The notes beneath the pieces were generated by a model. The model saw nothing but the letters and a program-made list of their open reading frames with translations. It was not told where the DNA came from and made no database searches. From positions 102,982,001-103,046,000 of the forward strand of contig NC_043000.1 of the NCBI RefSeq assembly GCF_006345805.1: 64,000 nt of DNA. Reading direction: 5' to 3'. The DNA is from Octopus sinensis. Its lineage: Eukaryota. The position numbers and the translations under genes were made by a program. This document shows positions 13,464-26,965 of this stretch, piece by piece (the stretch's first letter is position 1; every line of letters starts with the position of its first letter).

Positions 13464-15373
13464 TATATATATAAATTTACTTTCTTATGAAAACAAATTT
13501 AATCTTTTGTTTGTCCAAGGCAATTCCATAAGTCTATGCTAAAAACGTCCACGCATGCTTTCAGACAAATACCAAGTTACTTTGGTGATAGATAGAAATT
13601 GGGAATGTTTATCATGTATGATGCATGAACGCCAGGGAAATATGTACTGTGTCTTGAGACACAGGGCAGGCAAAATGTTTATACAATTAAACCACTTTTT
13701 TTTTTAATTAACTGAATTTTATTTCAAGGAGAAAATAAGTGTTTCTTTAGTAAAAAAAAAAAAAAATATCCGCAGATGCTAATAAATTTAGTAGTGAACA
13801 GTGAAGCGACGAAAAATCTGAGTATGAATCCTCGGCTTCCTGTCGCCTGTTTTTTTAATGTGAAGTACACAGTAAAAAGCTTTTGTGAGAGGGTGGTGGT
13901 AATGGTTACAAACAACTATATCAGCCCGTTGCTTCACCAGTACATATTTTATCGACCTCCAGAAGGAAAAAACGGTAAATTTTATCTCTAATTCATTCTA
14001 TAAACAACACATTCTGTGACATCCACGGCTATTACCATATGTTTCCGTTGTTTGCAAATAATAAAGAAAAGGTCGAAGCCTCTTTAATGAATTTATTTTC
14101 AGTGCAGCGTGGACCCAGTCTAAATTTTTGCAACAGGTACCCAGAAGCTTAGATGGTATTTTTAAACCAACTGTAGATTTAGTCTACAACCAGAGAAGAG
14201 GTAGTTTCCGCCTAAACATAGAGCTTATCTTTTTTTTTTTTACCTAAAGTACCACGCAATATAATGAACTATGGACCACGTGATTACGAAGTGACTTTCT
14301 CAACAATACCCTGCCAATATAGCATAACTTGGAATGTGTTGCAGGAAAATTCTCGATAAATTTCACCGAGGAGCGTAAAATTAAAAAACAGTAAAACTAG
14401 GAAATTCCTCCATTCTCATTTCTTTATAAGTTAACTTTTCCTCGTTCGTTCTATTAACATTGGGATCAGTGACTCTCATATTTTAATTTGTTTTATTTTA
14501 TTTTTTACCTATTATATCGTATCCACCTGTATCCATTCCTTGGCAATGCTGCGAAAATGAAACGAATCAGATGAACACGTAAGTCTAAAATCCAAAAGCT
14601 GTCCACTCTCCGATGATGGCCCGCCTGTTACCGAACACTGGTCTTGACACACGCCATTTACATATTTATTCTCTGTTTTACATTTTGTCCCGAATCAACC
14701 TCCAGCAGACTTTTTAGATTATCACGCTTACCGTCACCAACACCATCTATCGGCGTCTTGATTTTTTTCCAACCAATCAGCAACCACCATGCTACCTTAG
14801 AATTACCAACTTTTGACTACGGGACCCCATCTGATAGAAATAAAAAAAAGAACATCCTAGTGTGGGATGGTGATCATGGGAGGGATGTCTTTCAACATGT
14901 TCTGTCTGTCCGACCAGGACTGATCTGGGACTTAACAAAAACTGTTTCCCTGAATCTTAAGGTTGCTACCTTTCATTCACTGAACTCCCACACTCACCAC
15001 CAATCCGCATGTACTTACTCTCAGTGTGTTATTGCTCTCTAGACATTTCCACCCCGCCAAATATTCCGTCTACATTCCTGTTTAATATTCTGTTTTCAAA
15101 CAAATGAATTTCACCACAGACGTCACAAAAATCGCTCAAGTCTCGCTTCACTAGTCTCTCTATACTCAAACCTGGTTTTTGTTATCTTTCTGTAGTGAAA
15201 TCACCCCTCCAGACGTCACGTAGCAATCTCAAAACTTTACAGTGCATTGTGACCGCCCATTTCATATACGTTCGCCCACAACTATAACACACTAATCACC
15301 ATGGCAGCACGAGCATAATAGTAATAATTTTTTTTCTTTATTGGCCACAAGGGCTGATATAATAATAATAATA

Positions 15374-15793
15374 AACGTATCTGTCAAGACCTATCAAAAA
15401 CTGAGCAAATATAAAGATCTTGAAATAGAAATTAGCAAAATGTGGAACCTGAAGATTAAAACAATATCTGTTGTCATAGGTGCCCTGGGAAGGATAGCAA
15501 AAGGGGGCTGACTGCTACCTAGCTCAGATACCAGGAAACCCCAAAATGGCAGAAATTCAAAAGATAGTGCTCATGGGAACTGCTCATATCCTACGCAAAA
15601 TACTTTCTATGTAATCTCAAGTTTTAAAACAAACATAATTTTCTTATGGTTTCTTAAACATTCTCTACAACAACACCAAATATATGGCACCCTAGGCATA
15701 ACACCAACATGTACTTCCAACTTGTTGTCTCTTGAGGTCTCTGGGCGAGACTTGTAGCCAAGTTGTACAAATGTAAAGCAAAAGTCAAACATA
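15374..15793 (+). mobile_element. 5'-truncated R4/Dong-type non-LTR retrotransposon (restriction-like endonuclease C-terminus plus 3' UTR)
   Basis: Translates to VSVKTYQKLSKYKDLEIEISKMWNLKIKTISVVIGALG.../...IQKIVLMGTAHILRKILSM* with one frameshift in a G run; (TAA)n on both sides. Confidence 0.85.
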
Positions 15794-17624
15794 AAATAAT
15801 AATAATGATGATGACGATGATTTCAAATTTTGGCACAAAGGCAGCAAGTTCGAGGAGGAAAGACTGGAAAGATGTAGCTGTTTAGCTACAAGTCAGGTTT
15901 AAGGCAGTTTGATGTGCCCAGACCTTTTACATCTGACATACTCCTAGTTAGACAATGCCTGAAAATATGACTGAAAATATAATGTCCTAATGGAAGGACG
16001 TTATCTATGTCCTTCCATTTTAAAGACAGCAGAAAAAGATTTGGCAGTTGTTTCCAGAAAGTTGATCAACCACAAAGTGACTTCCTAAATGACCTGGAAA
16101 CTAGAAAGCTTTTGCTGTTTTGGAACAAAGGTGGCCCCACCAATGGTCATCCTATCTTCTTTTGTATATATCTGGGACTACGTTGTTTAATGACTATTTC
16201 TTCATAAGACAAAAGAATGTGATTTAAAGCTGAACAATCATGTTTAAAGAATGAGTCTGTATTGGGTTCAAAAACAGCAAAGATTTTATTTTGACTAGAG
16301 TCTCAAGGTGTACTTTCTTAAAATAGTATGATTTGAAAGTGATTTCGCTGCTATTTTCAGCATGTCCAACTACTCTCTTCTTCATTGGCTCAGAGACTAA
16401 AAAGTTGTCAAAACGTATTTCATTGGCTCAGAGTTATCAAGTCATCAAGACAGATTCCATTGGCTTAAAGGCTATAAAGTTATCAAGACAAGCTTTATTA
16501 GTTCATTCTATTAAGTTAAGTTAGGTTTCACATTTAAAGACACTGCAGTTAAACAGTTCTACTTTCACTAAATGAAACAGTACAGAACTTTCAATTAGAT
16601 GAGAGTGAGAGAAACCAAAGTTTATTCAAGCTTAGATGTAAAACTAAGTGACTGTTTTCACATTCAACATCATTCAAGTACAGAATGAAGGCTGATGAGA
16701 AATATTTCTGCTATCAATATATAAACTGGTAATTTATCATAATGAAAGACCTCTGGAGGAATAAATGATGAAGCTAAGACAGAATTTTAAGAGATGTAAA
16801 ATATATATGAGATTTTGACCAAATATCCACTAAGTCTGCCAAACCACCAATGAAGAAATATTAAGAATTCATTGAAAAATTTGGTGTGACAGGAACAGTG
16901 TTGTTGTCACAATGCTTCTCTTTGTTAATTCATTAATGCAATATAAAGCTTATAAATGAGACATTAATTGATATATCACAATTCTTTGAATGTTGAATAA
17001 TAAAAAAAAAAAACCAATCTAAAAACCATAACTGGAATCTCATACAAAGCATCAGAAATAGAGAAAAAAAATAAAACTTTGGAAGAAATTGACAATTTGA
17101 TAGACTTCTTTGAACACTTACATTTCTGTAAAAACAATTATGCATGTTAGTGTGTGTTTATGTATATATAAATGATGATATATACACTATGTAGCAGGAC
17201 ACAAGCTTCTGTGTGCGTGTGTATATATATAATATATATAATATATAAATATATGCACAGTCATATACATATCTATACACTGCATATATGCAGGATTCTG
17301 TTGTCAGTTCCAACAATGAGAAATGAAATTGTTCCATCAACTGAATGAATTACCTGCTCTTTGAATTAGCAATTAAGTGACCTTCGTACTCCACAGACAT
17401 GGGTAGCCTTCATGCAATTCTCAAGCATCATGTACACAATAGTGTGTGAAATGGCTGTGTTTGAGCATCATGTACACAATCCATCTAGGATATAGGTTGA
17501 TCTGACATTAGATGACATTTATCCAAGGTGCTATGCCCTGGGATTGAATCAGGACATTGTGGTTGCAAGGGTACTTTCTTAACCATTCAGCTATGCTGAT
17601 ATATATGTATATATATATATAATC

Positions 17625-17950
17625 TTTTACTTGTTTCAGTCACTAGACTGCAGCCATGCTGGGGCACTACTTTGAAGAATTTTAGTCAAACAAATCAACC
17701 ACAGTACTTATTGTGAAGTGGTGGTGATGGTGGGATGGGGGGGGGAACAAACACAGGCACAAAGTCATACACACACACACACACATATATATGACAGACG
17801 TCTTTCACTTTCCATCTACCAAATCCACGAACAAATCTTTGGTCAGCCCAATGCTATAGTAGAAGACATTTACCCAAGGCATCACACAGTGGGACTGAAC
17901 CCAGAGCCATGTGGGTGGGAACCAAACTTCTTACCAAACAGACATGCCTG
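17625..17950 (-). mobile_element. SINE family A copy, CpG-decayed
   Basis: Matches family A with CG replaced by CA/TG, e.g. GACTGCAGCCATG vs GACTGCGGCCATG. Confidence 0.8.
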
Positions 17951-18282
17951 CACTTATATGTAAGCATGTATTAGAAAATATCTGTAGGCACTATACATGT
18001 GTGTGTGTGTATGTATATGTATATATATAAGCAAAAACTTCAATAAACAAACACATAAATATAAAACATAGGTAATTACAGACTTAAAAGAAAGTCTTTC
18101 CAAGATTCCATTGAAGATGAACTTCTGGAAGTTACAAAGACACAAAGTTAAGGCATTTGAATTAATCAGTAGTTTGGCACAAAGAAGCTAATTAAATGGC
18201 AAAACAAAAGAATGCCTAGATTGGTTGATATTTTAAAACTCTAAAAGATTAAGTAATTTTTTAATGAGAACACTTAAATATT

Positions 18283-18505
18283 TCTTTATTGCTCACAGGG
18301 GGCTAAACATAGAGGGAACAAACAAGGACAAAAGGATTAAGTCAATTACATCGACCCCAGTGTGTAAATGGTACTTATTTAAACAAACCCTGAAAGGATG
18401 AAAGACAAAGTTGACCTCAGCAGAATTTGAACTTAGAATGTAACAGAAGACGAAATACTGCACAACAGTCCGGTGCGCTAACAATTCTGCCAGCTCGCCA
18501 CCTTC
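18283..18505 (-). mobile_element. SINE family B, tail type 2 (Tx1-like tail)
   Basis: Head, central domain and 3' end ...CCCTCTATGTTTAGCCCCCCTGTGAGCAATAAAGAAAT. Confidence 0.8.
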
Positions 18506-18989
18506 AATGAGAACACATAAAGCTACACATATACTTGTGTATAAGAATACATTGTACATCATGAATATATACACACAAAGATGCACGTATTGTGCATGTG
18601 TGTTTGTGTGTACGACCTGATTCACGTGGTCACATGTGAATTTATAGATGCTCGTATATGTAAATGTAAACTGTATGCAAATGCACAAATATATGCAACA
18701 GATCCAGCATATATAAAAAAAATATTACATGTTTACATATAAAGCTTTTATTACTACACATGTATTTTCCAGTTCTTCACATTCCAAGTTCAAATCCCAA
18801 TGAAAACAACTCCCGACTTTTGTCCTTTCTGGGAGAGGCAAGCATTTTAGGGAAATGAACTTGCTCAATATGCAGAAAAGGCATATGCTGTTCTCAGTGT
18901 AAACAATGGATGCACAAGTGTGCTGCATTGGAATTGCAGGCAGACTAGCAGTAAACATAAACCTCATGTGTAACAGATGCATTGAAGCA

Positions 18990-19330
18990 GTGCATGCTAG
19001 GAGCACACTGGAAACAGATTTTCTTAAATATTCAAACTATACCACTTGAAGTTGTTGATAGCTTTTGCTATCTAGAAGATAAAATTAGCAAGAGATGTGG
19101 TTGCTTTGAAAGTATAGCAGCCAGAGTAAGAACAGGTTGGAGAAAGTTCAGAGAACCACCACTACCACCACCACTACCACCACCACTGCTGGCAACAAAG
19201 GTCAGAGTGAAAGAAAGATTGCATGACACTTGTGTTAAATCTGCAATGCTGCATGATAGTGAAGAGTTGAGAAAACTGGAAAGATATGAAGCAAGCATGC
19301 TCTATTAGATGTGCAAGATTGCTATAGTAC
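18990..19330 (+). mobile_element. RTE-clade LINE ORF2 fragment
   Basis: PLEVVDSFCYLEDKISKRCGCFESIAARVRTGWRKFRE...RLHDTCVKSAMLH resembles the RTE post-RT region; interrupted by a (CCA)n run. Confidence 0.8.
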
Positions 19331-19446
19331 AAATGTGCTGGGAGAAGAAGAGTATAAAAGACATAGCATATGGACATGTGGGTATATATGGATGAAGATA
19401 CCTTGACAAAACTGGGTTCTGGAAGTATCATGTGTGTGTATTTAGA

Positions 19447-19762
19447 AGGAGTGACTATTGATTTTGCACCTATAAAGCGCTTATAGGTGACTTGTCAGAC
19501 TCAAAGGTTGATTGTTAAGGCCAGCCAGAGAGTGACTATTGGTTTCGCACCTATAAGCACTTAGATTTATAGGTGACTTGTCAGACTCAAATGGCTGGAG
19601 GCACGTAGCCTCTCTGCAACTGGAGGTGTTTTCTTCCCTCCAGTTGTAGAGAGGTTATGCACCTCCAGCCATCTGAGTATGATAAGTTGCTTATACAGTT
19701 AAGTGCTTTATAGGTGCAAAACAAATGGTCAATCACTAATTGGCTACAACAATCAACTTCCT
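19447..19762. mobile_element. Foldback (hairpin) MITE-like element with a partial tandem duplication of its left arm
   Basis: Arms ~19505-19628 and ~19640-19762 around loop TGTTTTCTT; many arm differences are CpG-type transitions. Confidence 0.75.
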
Positions 19763-21537
19763 AATTATATTACTGCTCTAATGTTTTAGAGTGAGCTACC
19801 GATAATATATTACCTCCTCAAGACATCCCCATCACCCATCATCTCACTAACTCCAGCTCTTCCTTGATACCTACAACTGAACACATTTTCCTCCTTATCC
19901 ATCTTTCATCATTAATACTATTCTCCCCAACCACACTTAATACTGATCACACATACAGCCCTAACCAATGAGTTACCAAATTATCTCTCCTCCTCCATCA
20001 TCATACATCTCTCACTACACTCTTGCAACCTATCAAACACATCTTTCTCTCTCTTGTATACTATCTACTCTATGACTATTCTCCTGTTCCCCACCAAATT
20101 TTTCTGCACTGTCAGTTATCTCCTACTCATATATCACTGGTTATCCCCTACCCCTTATCTGCCATTCTCTACATTCACCCTTCAACCCTACCCAATCTTT
20201 ACAGTTGTCACTGGCCTCCCCTCACCTGACTCTTTCCCACTCTCTCACTTCCCCTACACTTTTGATTTCTCTATCCCACTGACTTTAGTCCACCCAGATA
20301 CCCAACCACTATTTTTATCAATTTTTAGCTCCACCCAATTACTTCCACCCTTTCTTCTAGAATGTGAGTAGTCATGTAGCTCCTCCACGCCAAGAAACCT
20401 GTTCTGCTCTGATCTTGTACTTTTAACCCCTCCTCTTCTAACAAAGACACCCATTTTGGGTTTATTGTCTTGCAAGTTGGTGGTATGAAAAATGCACCCA
20501 GTACATGTTGATGCCCTTCCTAAAGAAGGGTATCCAGCCATCGAACCCATGCCAAAGCAGTCATTGGAACATGATGCAGCCCTGAACTGAATGGATTCTA
20601 TCAAACCCTCTAATCCATTCTAGCATGGAACACAGACTTTAAATCAAGATTATATATATATTGGCTTCTTTCAGTTTTCATCACCTTAATTATCAAATCA
20701 ACTCATAAAGATTTGGCTGGTTTCTGGCTATAGTAGAAGACACATGCTCAAGTTGAACATGTACTGCATGTGTGAGTGAGTGTGTGTGCATTCTCCTAAG
20801 CCACAAGGATTAGTGCATAGCCCTTGTTTTAGGCGCTTACAATGTAGCTCATATGCCCCGTGATCCTACAATATTTTTGAGAACTAGGAAATTGTGAATG
20901 CAAATAAATCTCTTTAAAAACTCCAAGTACCAAATTTTAACATGTATAAGGAACCCCCTAATTTTAGGGGTTTAAAATTTGGAAAAAAAGCATTTTTAAG
21001 GAATTATAATACTATCCATATATAAGAAACTCGTGTATTTTTTTAACATAATTTTTGACTTATCTTCAACTTCATTTTATCATACTCTTAAGTAGAGTGA
21101 AAAAACTTATTTTCTTGTGTATACATGCGCATGTGTGTGTATGAAAAAATATAGCCACAAATTTGCAAACCACAAAATGTACATCACTCAGTGAATGTAA
21201 TATACTATTTTCAGTGCATACATAAGTTGCAAACTTCATAACTTAAACTGTAACACTGATCACACGATGAAGACTGTCTCTTTAGTTACCTATGTATTTA
21301 AAATAAGGAGCAATTATAGCATATTTTAATGCAGTACAATATAAAAGAATTTAAGAGAAAAGCTTTACACCATGCTTTGTAAAATTCTACAAAAGAAAGA
21401 TAATAACTATCAAAGCTTTATCAGGAGTATAAGATAAAGCAAAAGTGATATGACAGGTATTGTACGAAATTAACCATGAAAGTTATCAGGAGTTTAAGTG
21501 TTAAATACATTAAAATCCAGCAGAGATGTTGTTTTTT

Positions 21538-21681
21538 TCAGTTATAACATATTTCTGCTGATCCTTTGTGGTTTGGTTCACAGCAGGGAAGCAATACACT
21601 CTTAATAATTGTTCCATTCTGATGATAAGGCTGACAGTCTCCACAAACATTAACAGTCTTAGGAATACTGTTTGTCCTAAA
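21538..21681 (-). CDS. Possible terminal coding exon, unknown product (FRTNSIPKTVNVCGDCQPYHQNGTIIKSVLLPCCEPNHKGSAEICYN*)
   Basis: Acceptor CCTTTCTGTTTAG, 47 codons to TGA, AT-rich UTR-like sequence after. A second frame is also open, so the frame is uncertain. Confidence 0.25.
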   Translation of the reverse strand, partial: FRTNSIPKTVNVCGDCQPYHQNGTIIKSVLLPCCEPNHKGSAEICYN

Positions 21682-22097
21682 CTAAACAGAAAGGATTAGC
21701 AAGGACTTATGGAAGACCTTTCAGATAAAAGATTAAATGGAAATATGGTTGTGTCTCTAACACATCATTTCTGCAAGAAAAAGTATTCCCTATTTTACAA
21801 ATAGAAGTGTATGTATGTACCCACACAAGCATATACACATCTTCTTGATCATCAAATATATACACATATACACACATATATTTATGTAAATAGGGAATAG
21901 CTTTTTGTTCAGTAGAGTTATTTTTCAAGTAAAGAAGGTATTGTCATTTGTCTGGGGGATGACAGATCAAAACTGATGAACCCACAGGAACTATGGTACT
22001 TATGCTTATTGGAGAACATTAATAATGTCACCAGCTTCTTTTCAAGTGTTTCAAGACAGGTAGAAAAAATATTGACACACACAATTATGCATACGTG

Positions 22098-22149
<52 letters not shown>

Positions 22150-22303
22150 CATATATCACCATCATCATCATTAATAATGTGTACTTTAATGTCATGTAGG
22201 CATGGGTTAGACAGATATTCTGAAGCAGTATTTTACTACCAGATGCCTAATTGCAAACCCATTTATTCATGACATGCAGCAAGAATATACACCTGTTTCG
22301 TAT

Positions 22304-22334
<31 letters not shown>

Positions 22335-22460
22335 CCATCATCATCGTTTAATGTCTGTTTTCCATGCTAGCATGGGTTGGATGATTTGACTGAGGACTGG
22401 GGAACCAGATGGCTGCACCAGGCTCCAATCTGATTCTAGCAGTTTCTACAACTGGATGCC

Positions 22461-22466
<6 letters not shown>
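22335..22466 (-). mobile_element. RTE-type LINE/SINE 3' end with (ATG)n tail
   Basis: Minus strand ends ...CCAACCCATGCTAGCATGGAAAACAGACATTAAACGATGATGATG; related pieces at ~20470-20645 (+) and ~22150-22260 (-). Confidence 0.65.
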
Positions 22467-22499
<33 letters not shown>

Positions 22500-22545
22500 T
22501 ATGTACCCTTTAGGTATATATCTATGTACATATATTATAAATATA

Positions 22546-23690
22546 TTGGGTTGGCAAGAAAGTAATTTCATTTTTCACAAATAGAGTTGATTTTTTTTAA
22601 TGACTTTTGTCAATGTTATGATTTTTTCATTTTGACATTTGATAGCCCCTACTTTTAGCTTACTTTAGAAACAAATTGTACATAATTTTGTTTACAGCTG
22701 TTAGTTCAGTGTCAATTTTATTATGGAGAGCAAAAAGGAACATTTTTCGCCATATTTTGCTTTTTTTATTTCTGTAAAGGCAAGAAAGTTGCTAAGCTCA
22801 GAAGGAGATATGTGAAGTTTATGGTGCTGATTGCTTAACAGAATGCACATGTCAGAAATGGTTTAAAAAATTCCATTCTGGAGATTTTTCACTCAAAGAT
22901 GACCCAACGTTCTGGTCGACCTACTGAAGTTGAAGATGACCAAATCAAATCTATAATTGAATCTGATTGTCATATAACTGTGCAAGAGATTGCAGAGAGG
23001 TTAAATGTATCACACACAACAATTGAAAATCACTTAAAATGTCTTGGACTTGTTAAGAAGCTTGATATTCAGGTTCCAAAGAAAATGAAACAGATTCACT
23101 TAACACAACAAATCAATATTTGTGATATGCATCTTGAAAGCAGTGAAATTAACCTTTTTTGGAAACGAATCATCACTGGTAATGGAAAATGGATTGTCTC
23201 AATCAAAAACAATCATGGTCCAAGTGTAATGAACCAGCACAAACCAATGAAAAGCAGAATTGCATCATGCTGTCAATGTGGTGGGATTCAAAAGAACCAA
23301 ATGATCAATTCAGATGTTTACTGTCAATAACTAATGAAACTGGAAGAAGCAATCAAAGGAAAATAGCCAGAATTGGCAAACCGTAAAGGGCAATGCTAGA
23401 CAACAAACATTTTTGCTAACTCGTGAAAGACTATTGGAGTCAGGTTGGGAAGTGATGTCACATCCATCATATAGCCCTGACCTTGCACCATCAGATTACC
23501 ATTTATTTCGAAGTTTGCAAAATTCTTTGAATGGTATAATTTTCAATAATGATGATGCCCGAAACTGCACTTGCTTCAGATTTTGGCTGATAAGGACCAG
23601 AATTTTTATGAGCACGGAATCATGAAGTTGCCAGAAAGATGGCAAAGGGTCATTGAACAAAATGGAAAATATCTTAAATATTAAAACTGA
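22546..23690 (+). pseudogene. Degraded mariner transposon (transposase pseudogene, left TIR only)
   Basis: TA|TTGGGTTGGCAA TIR; DDQIKSIIESDCHITVQEIAERL (HTH), RIITGNGKW and HPSYSPDLAPSDYHLFRSLQN motifs in broken frames. Confidence 0.9.
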
Positions 23691-23905
23691 AAATGTTTGT
23701 GTGTGTATCGGTATGTCCTCATTTTGCCCCAAAATGGCTCGACTGATTTTTCTTAAACTTCGCACGCACATTGCTTATGTGTCTGGGGAGGCCTGAAGTA
23801 TAAATTGATTTTGAAGAAATGTTCAGGCAAACGTTGGGAGGGCTTGGACGTGGCTGACGGCAGGCGTAACAATTTTAAGCTTCCAAGGGAAATAACCCAT
23901 TCCCT
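23690..23905. mobile_element. Probable non-autonomous Helitron-like fragment
   Basis: GTATGTCC...AAAATGGCTCGACTGATTTTTCTTAAACTT recalls motifs of invertebrate Helitron-derived repeats; no termini identified. Confidence 0.3.
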
Positions 23906-24514
23906 CCTTTGTAAATTATTTGGTAAAAATGAAATTGAGTATACTTATTTCTTAGTATATGCATGTATATATACATATATATGTATGTATGTATGTACAT
24001 ATATGAATATATTTATATATTTTTATATTATACACACACACACTCACACACAAGGGTTATGCTAAAATTAATGCAAAAATAGGAATAACTTTCTTTTAGT
24101 AATTGACAAGTTGTATAAATGGCACATGTTGGAAGAATAAATCTTCCTCCACAGTAACTTTTTTCCTGTTCATCGCAATAATGGGGTTCCAAGTAGAAGG
24201 ATGAAGGATGGGTGCAGGCTAGCCAATATCCAAAGAAGGCTGGCTACAGGTTGTTTATGGAGATGACACTACAGAACAAGAGTAAAGCTCAGATGGATGA
24301 AGAAGTGTAGAGAAATGGAACCACATATTTTGGGGACCAAAATATATCGTGAGAAACCATCAATTGTGAATGCTGACAAAAACAGAAGCCGGTAGACATC
24401 AGCTATCAGAAGTATGCACCAAGTGGATACCTCAGTAATCGATATCCAATATGAAGGAGAGGTCTGCTCATACATTTTTACCCCAACAGTATCAGAAAAA
24501 AAAAATTTAAATTA

Positions 24515-24900
24515 AACGTGGCTGTGTGTTAAGAAATATACTTCCCAACCACATGGTTCTGGGTTCAGTCTCACTAAGTGGCACCTTAGACTAATGTCTC
24601 TTGCTATTATATAGCCTCAGTCCAACCAAAGACTTGAGAGTGGATTTGGTTAAAAGAAACTGAAAAAAAGCCTGTTCTATATACATATATTATGCATAAG
24701 TGTGTACATGTATGTGTGTGTGTCTATATCCGTCCCCCAACCCTTGTGTTGGTTCATTTACGCCTCTATTAAAAAAGAGACCAAAATAATAAGTACTAGG
24801 CTTTAAAAAGAAAAAGTACCGGGGTCGATTCATTCAATTAGACATTCTTTAAGGCAGTGCCCCAGCATGGTTGCAGTCTAGTGACTAAAACAAGTATAAG
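24515..24900 (+). mobile_element. SINE family A copy, CpG-decayed
   Basis: GTGGCTGTGTG...GGTTCTGGGTTCAGTC head through CCAGCATGGTTGCAGTC tail. Confidence 0.8.
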
Positions 24901-25040
24901 ATAAATGATATTTATGATCTGGAGCTCATGGTGACTGTTTTTGGAGAATTATAAGAGCATCATTCTCTTTCTTTTCTGGACCTTCAACTGTGCTGTGAAT
25001 AGCTTGCAATACACTGAATATTAATTAGAGAAGCCATTAA

Positions 25041-25256
25041 CCCTCTCCTTACCAACCCAGCTGAAACAAATGCTCTGAGAACAAATGCCGTGTTTTCATA
25101 AGTTTTGAATTAAAATCTTCCACCAATCCTTAGTCACAATTTATGTTCCTAACACTAGCTGAATGATAACTAAGTTATTTTACTAAATTCTTTGTTATAT
25201 TTAATGTAATTGAAAGAAACACAGAGCATCTCAAAATAAATACAGTAACAAAAGGG
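25041..25256. mobile_element. piggyBac-like MITE
   Basis: TTAA|CCCT ... AGGG|TTTA. Confidence 0.45.
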
Positions 25257-25289
25257 TTTAAAACGGAAGAAACTGAACGAGATTCTGAA

Positions 25290-25560
25290 AACGATTTACA
25301 TCCACCATACACCTCTTAGGTTGGTCAGTGGTCTACCCCATTCACCAAACATCCAAGATTTGACTTCCTCACACTTCCACCTGTTCAACCCAATGAAAGT
25401 CTTTGTGGGGATAACAATTTGATGACACAAACAAGGAGAATGTGACTCTAAACAAGTAGGTACAACAATGCAAACATGAACGTTTTTTCAAAGCGGATAT
25501 GTAAGAGCTGGGTTCAACGATGGCACAATTGCATCACTTGTGATGGAGGCTATACTGAAG
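25290..25560 (+). pseudogene. mariner transposase C-terminal remnant
   Basis: Degraded YSPDL/DFHLF region and WVQRWHNCITCDGGYTEE (cf. LVQRWxKCIxxxGDYVEK). Confidence 0.6.
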
Positions 25561-26408
25561 AGTATTTCTGTATAGAAGAACGGTTACTAAAACAACTATG
25601 TCCATTATGCATTACTTTTGGTTCAATACACACACATACACACATATATATATATATATTTTATATATAAATATATATTTTATCATTTACTTATTTCAAC
25701 TATTAGACTGTGGCCTTCTGGGACACACTGCCTTGAAGAATTTTAGTTGAACAAATCAATCCTAGTATTCTTCTTAAGCTTGGTTCTTATTTAATTGGTC
25801 TCTTTTACCAATCTTCTAATGTATGGAGAGGTAAATTACACCAACACCAATTGTCAAAGATACACACATACATGAATACACACACATGTATACAGAAATG
25901 TACTTACACAGCAAGTGACTTGATCTGAGATCGTATGCTGAAACAAAAATACTTGCAGTATGGAATATATATATATATATATATATATGAAGGAGTAAAT
26001 GGTAGTTATCCACAACTCAACCAATTAGCACTCTAATGGAGCTTCAGGAATATAAAAATTGAGGGGAGGAGCACCTGTAGACATAAATATCTTTCAACTT
26101 TTAAATTCTTCCCTCAGAATAATTAGCCTATAGGATTTTAATCTAGTCACTCTTCATAGTATGGATTCATCTTAAAATATTGTTATATATAGCATCCTTT
26201 AATTCTAATTATATCATCTGCATGAAGAGTATGGTCTGACTAAGCATTCGTTTTTCAAAAATCCTTAAATGTATCATATCCCTTAAAATTTTAACAACTC
26301 TTTGAATCCCTTAACTCTGATGAAAGAAGTATAGATAATTGCTATGGTTGGAGTTAGCTCGCCCATACCAGCCTATATCTTCCCGAGATATCTGTAAGAC
26401 TTTGTACT

Positions 26409-26442
<34 letters not shown>

Positions 26443-26499
26443 TGTACGTACGTACGTACACACACAATACATAATACATACATAAATGCAGATATTCTT

Positions 26500-26737
26500 C
26501 TATTTGTTTCAATCATTTGACTGCGGCAATGCTGGAACACCGGCATTAGTCGAAGAAATCGATCCCAGGACTTATTCTTTGTAAGCCTAGTACTTATTCT
26601 ATCGGTCTCTCTGGACGAACCGTTATGTTACGGGGACCTAAACACACCAACAGCGATGGTGGTGGGGGACAAAAACTGGCACACAAACACACACACATAT
26701 ATATATATATATATACACATATATATATATATATATA

Positions 26738-26789
<52 letters not shown>

Positions 26790-26965
26790 CACACACACAC
26801 ATATATATATATATGACAGGCTTCTTTTAGTCAAAAACACTCACAAGACTTTGGTTGATCCGAGGCTATAATAGAAGACACTTGCCCAAAGTGCCATGCA
26901 GTGGGACTGAACCCAGAATCATGTGGTTGGTAAGCAAGCTACGTACCACACACCAACTTCTGCGC
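26500..26965 (-). mobile_element. SINE family A copy
   Basis: Full-length similarity to 2646-3010. Confidence 0.85.

Noticed and set aside
26150-26390. ADDI and MG...PT-A-IY motifs suggesting an RT relic
   Set aside because: Too short and broken to support by eye
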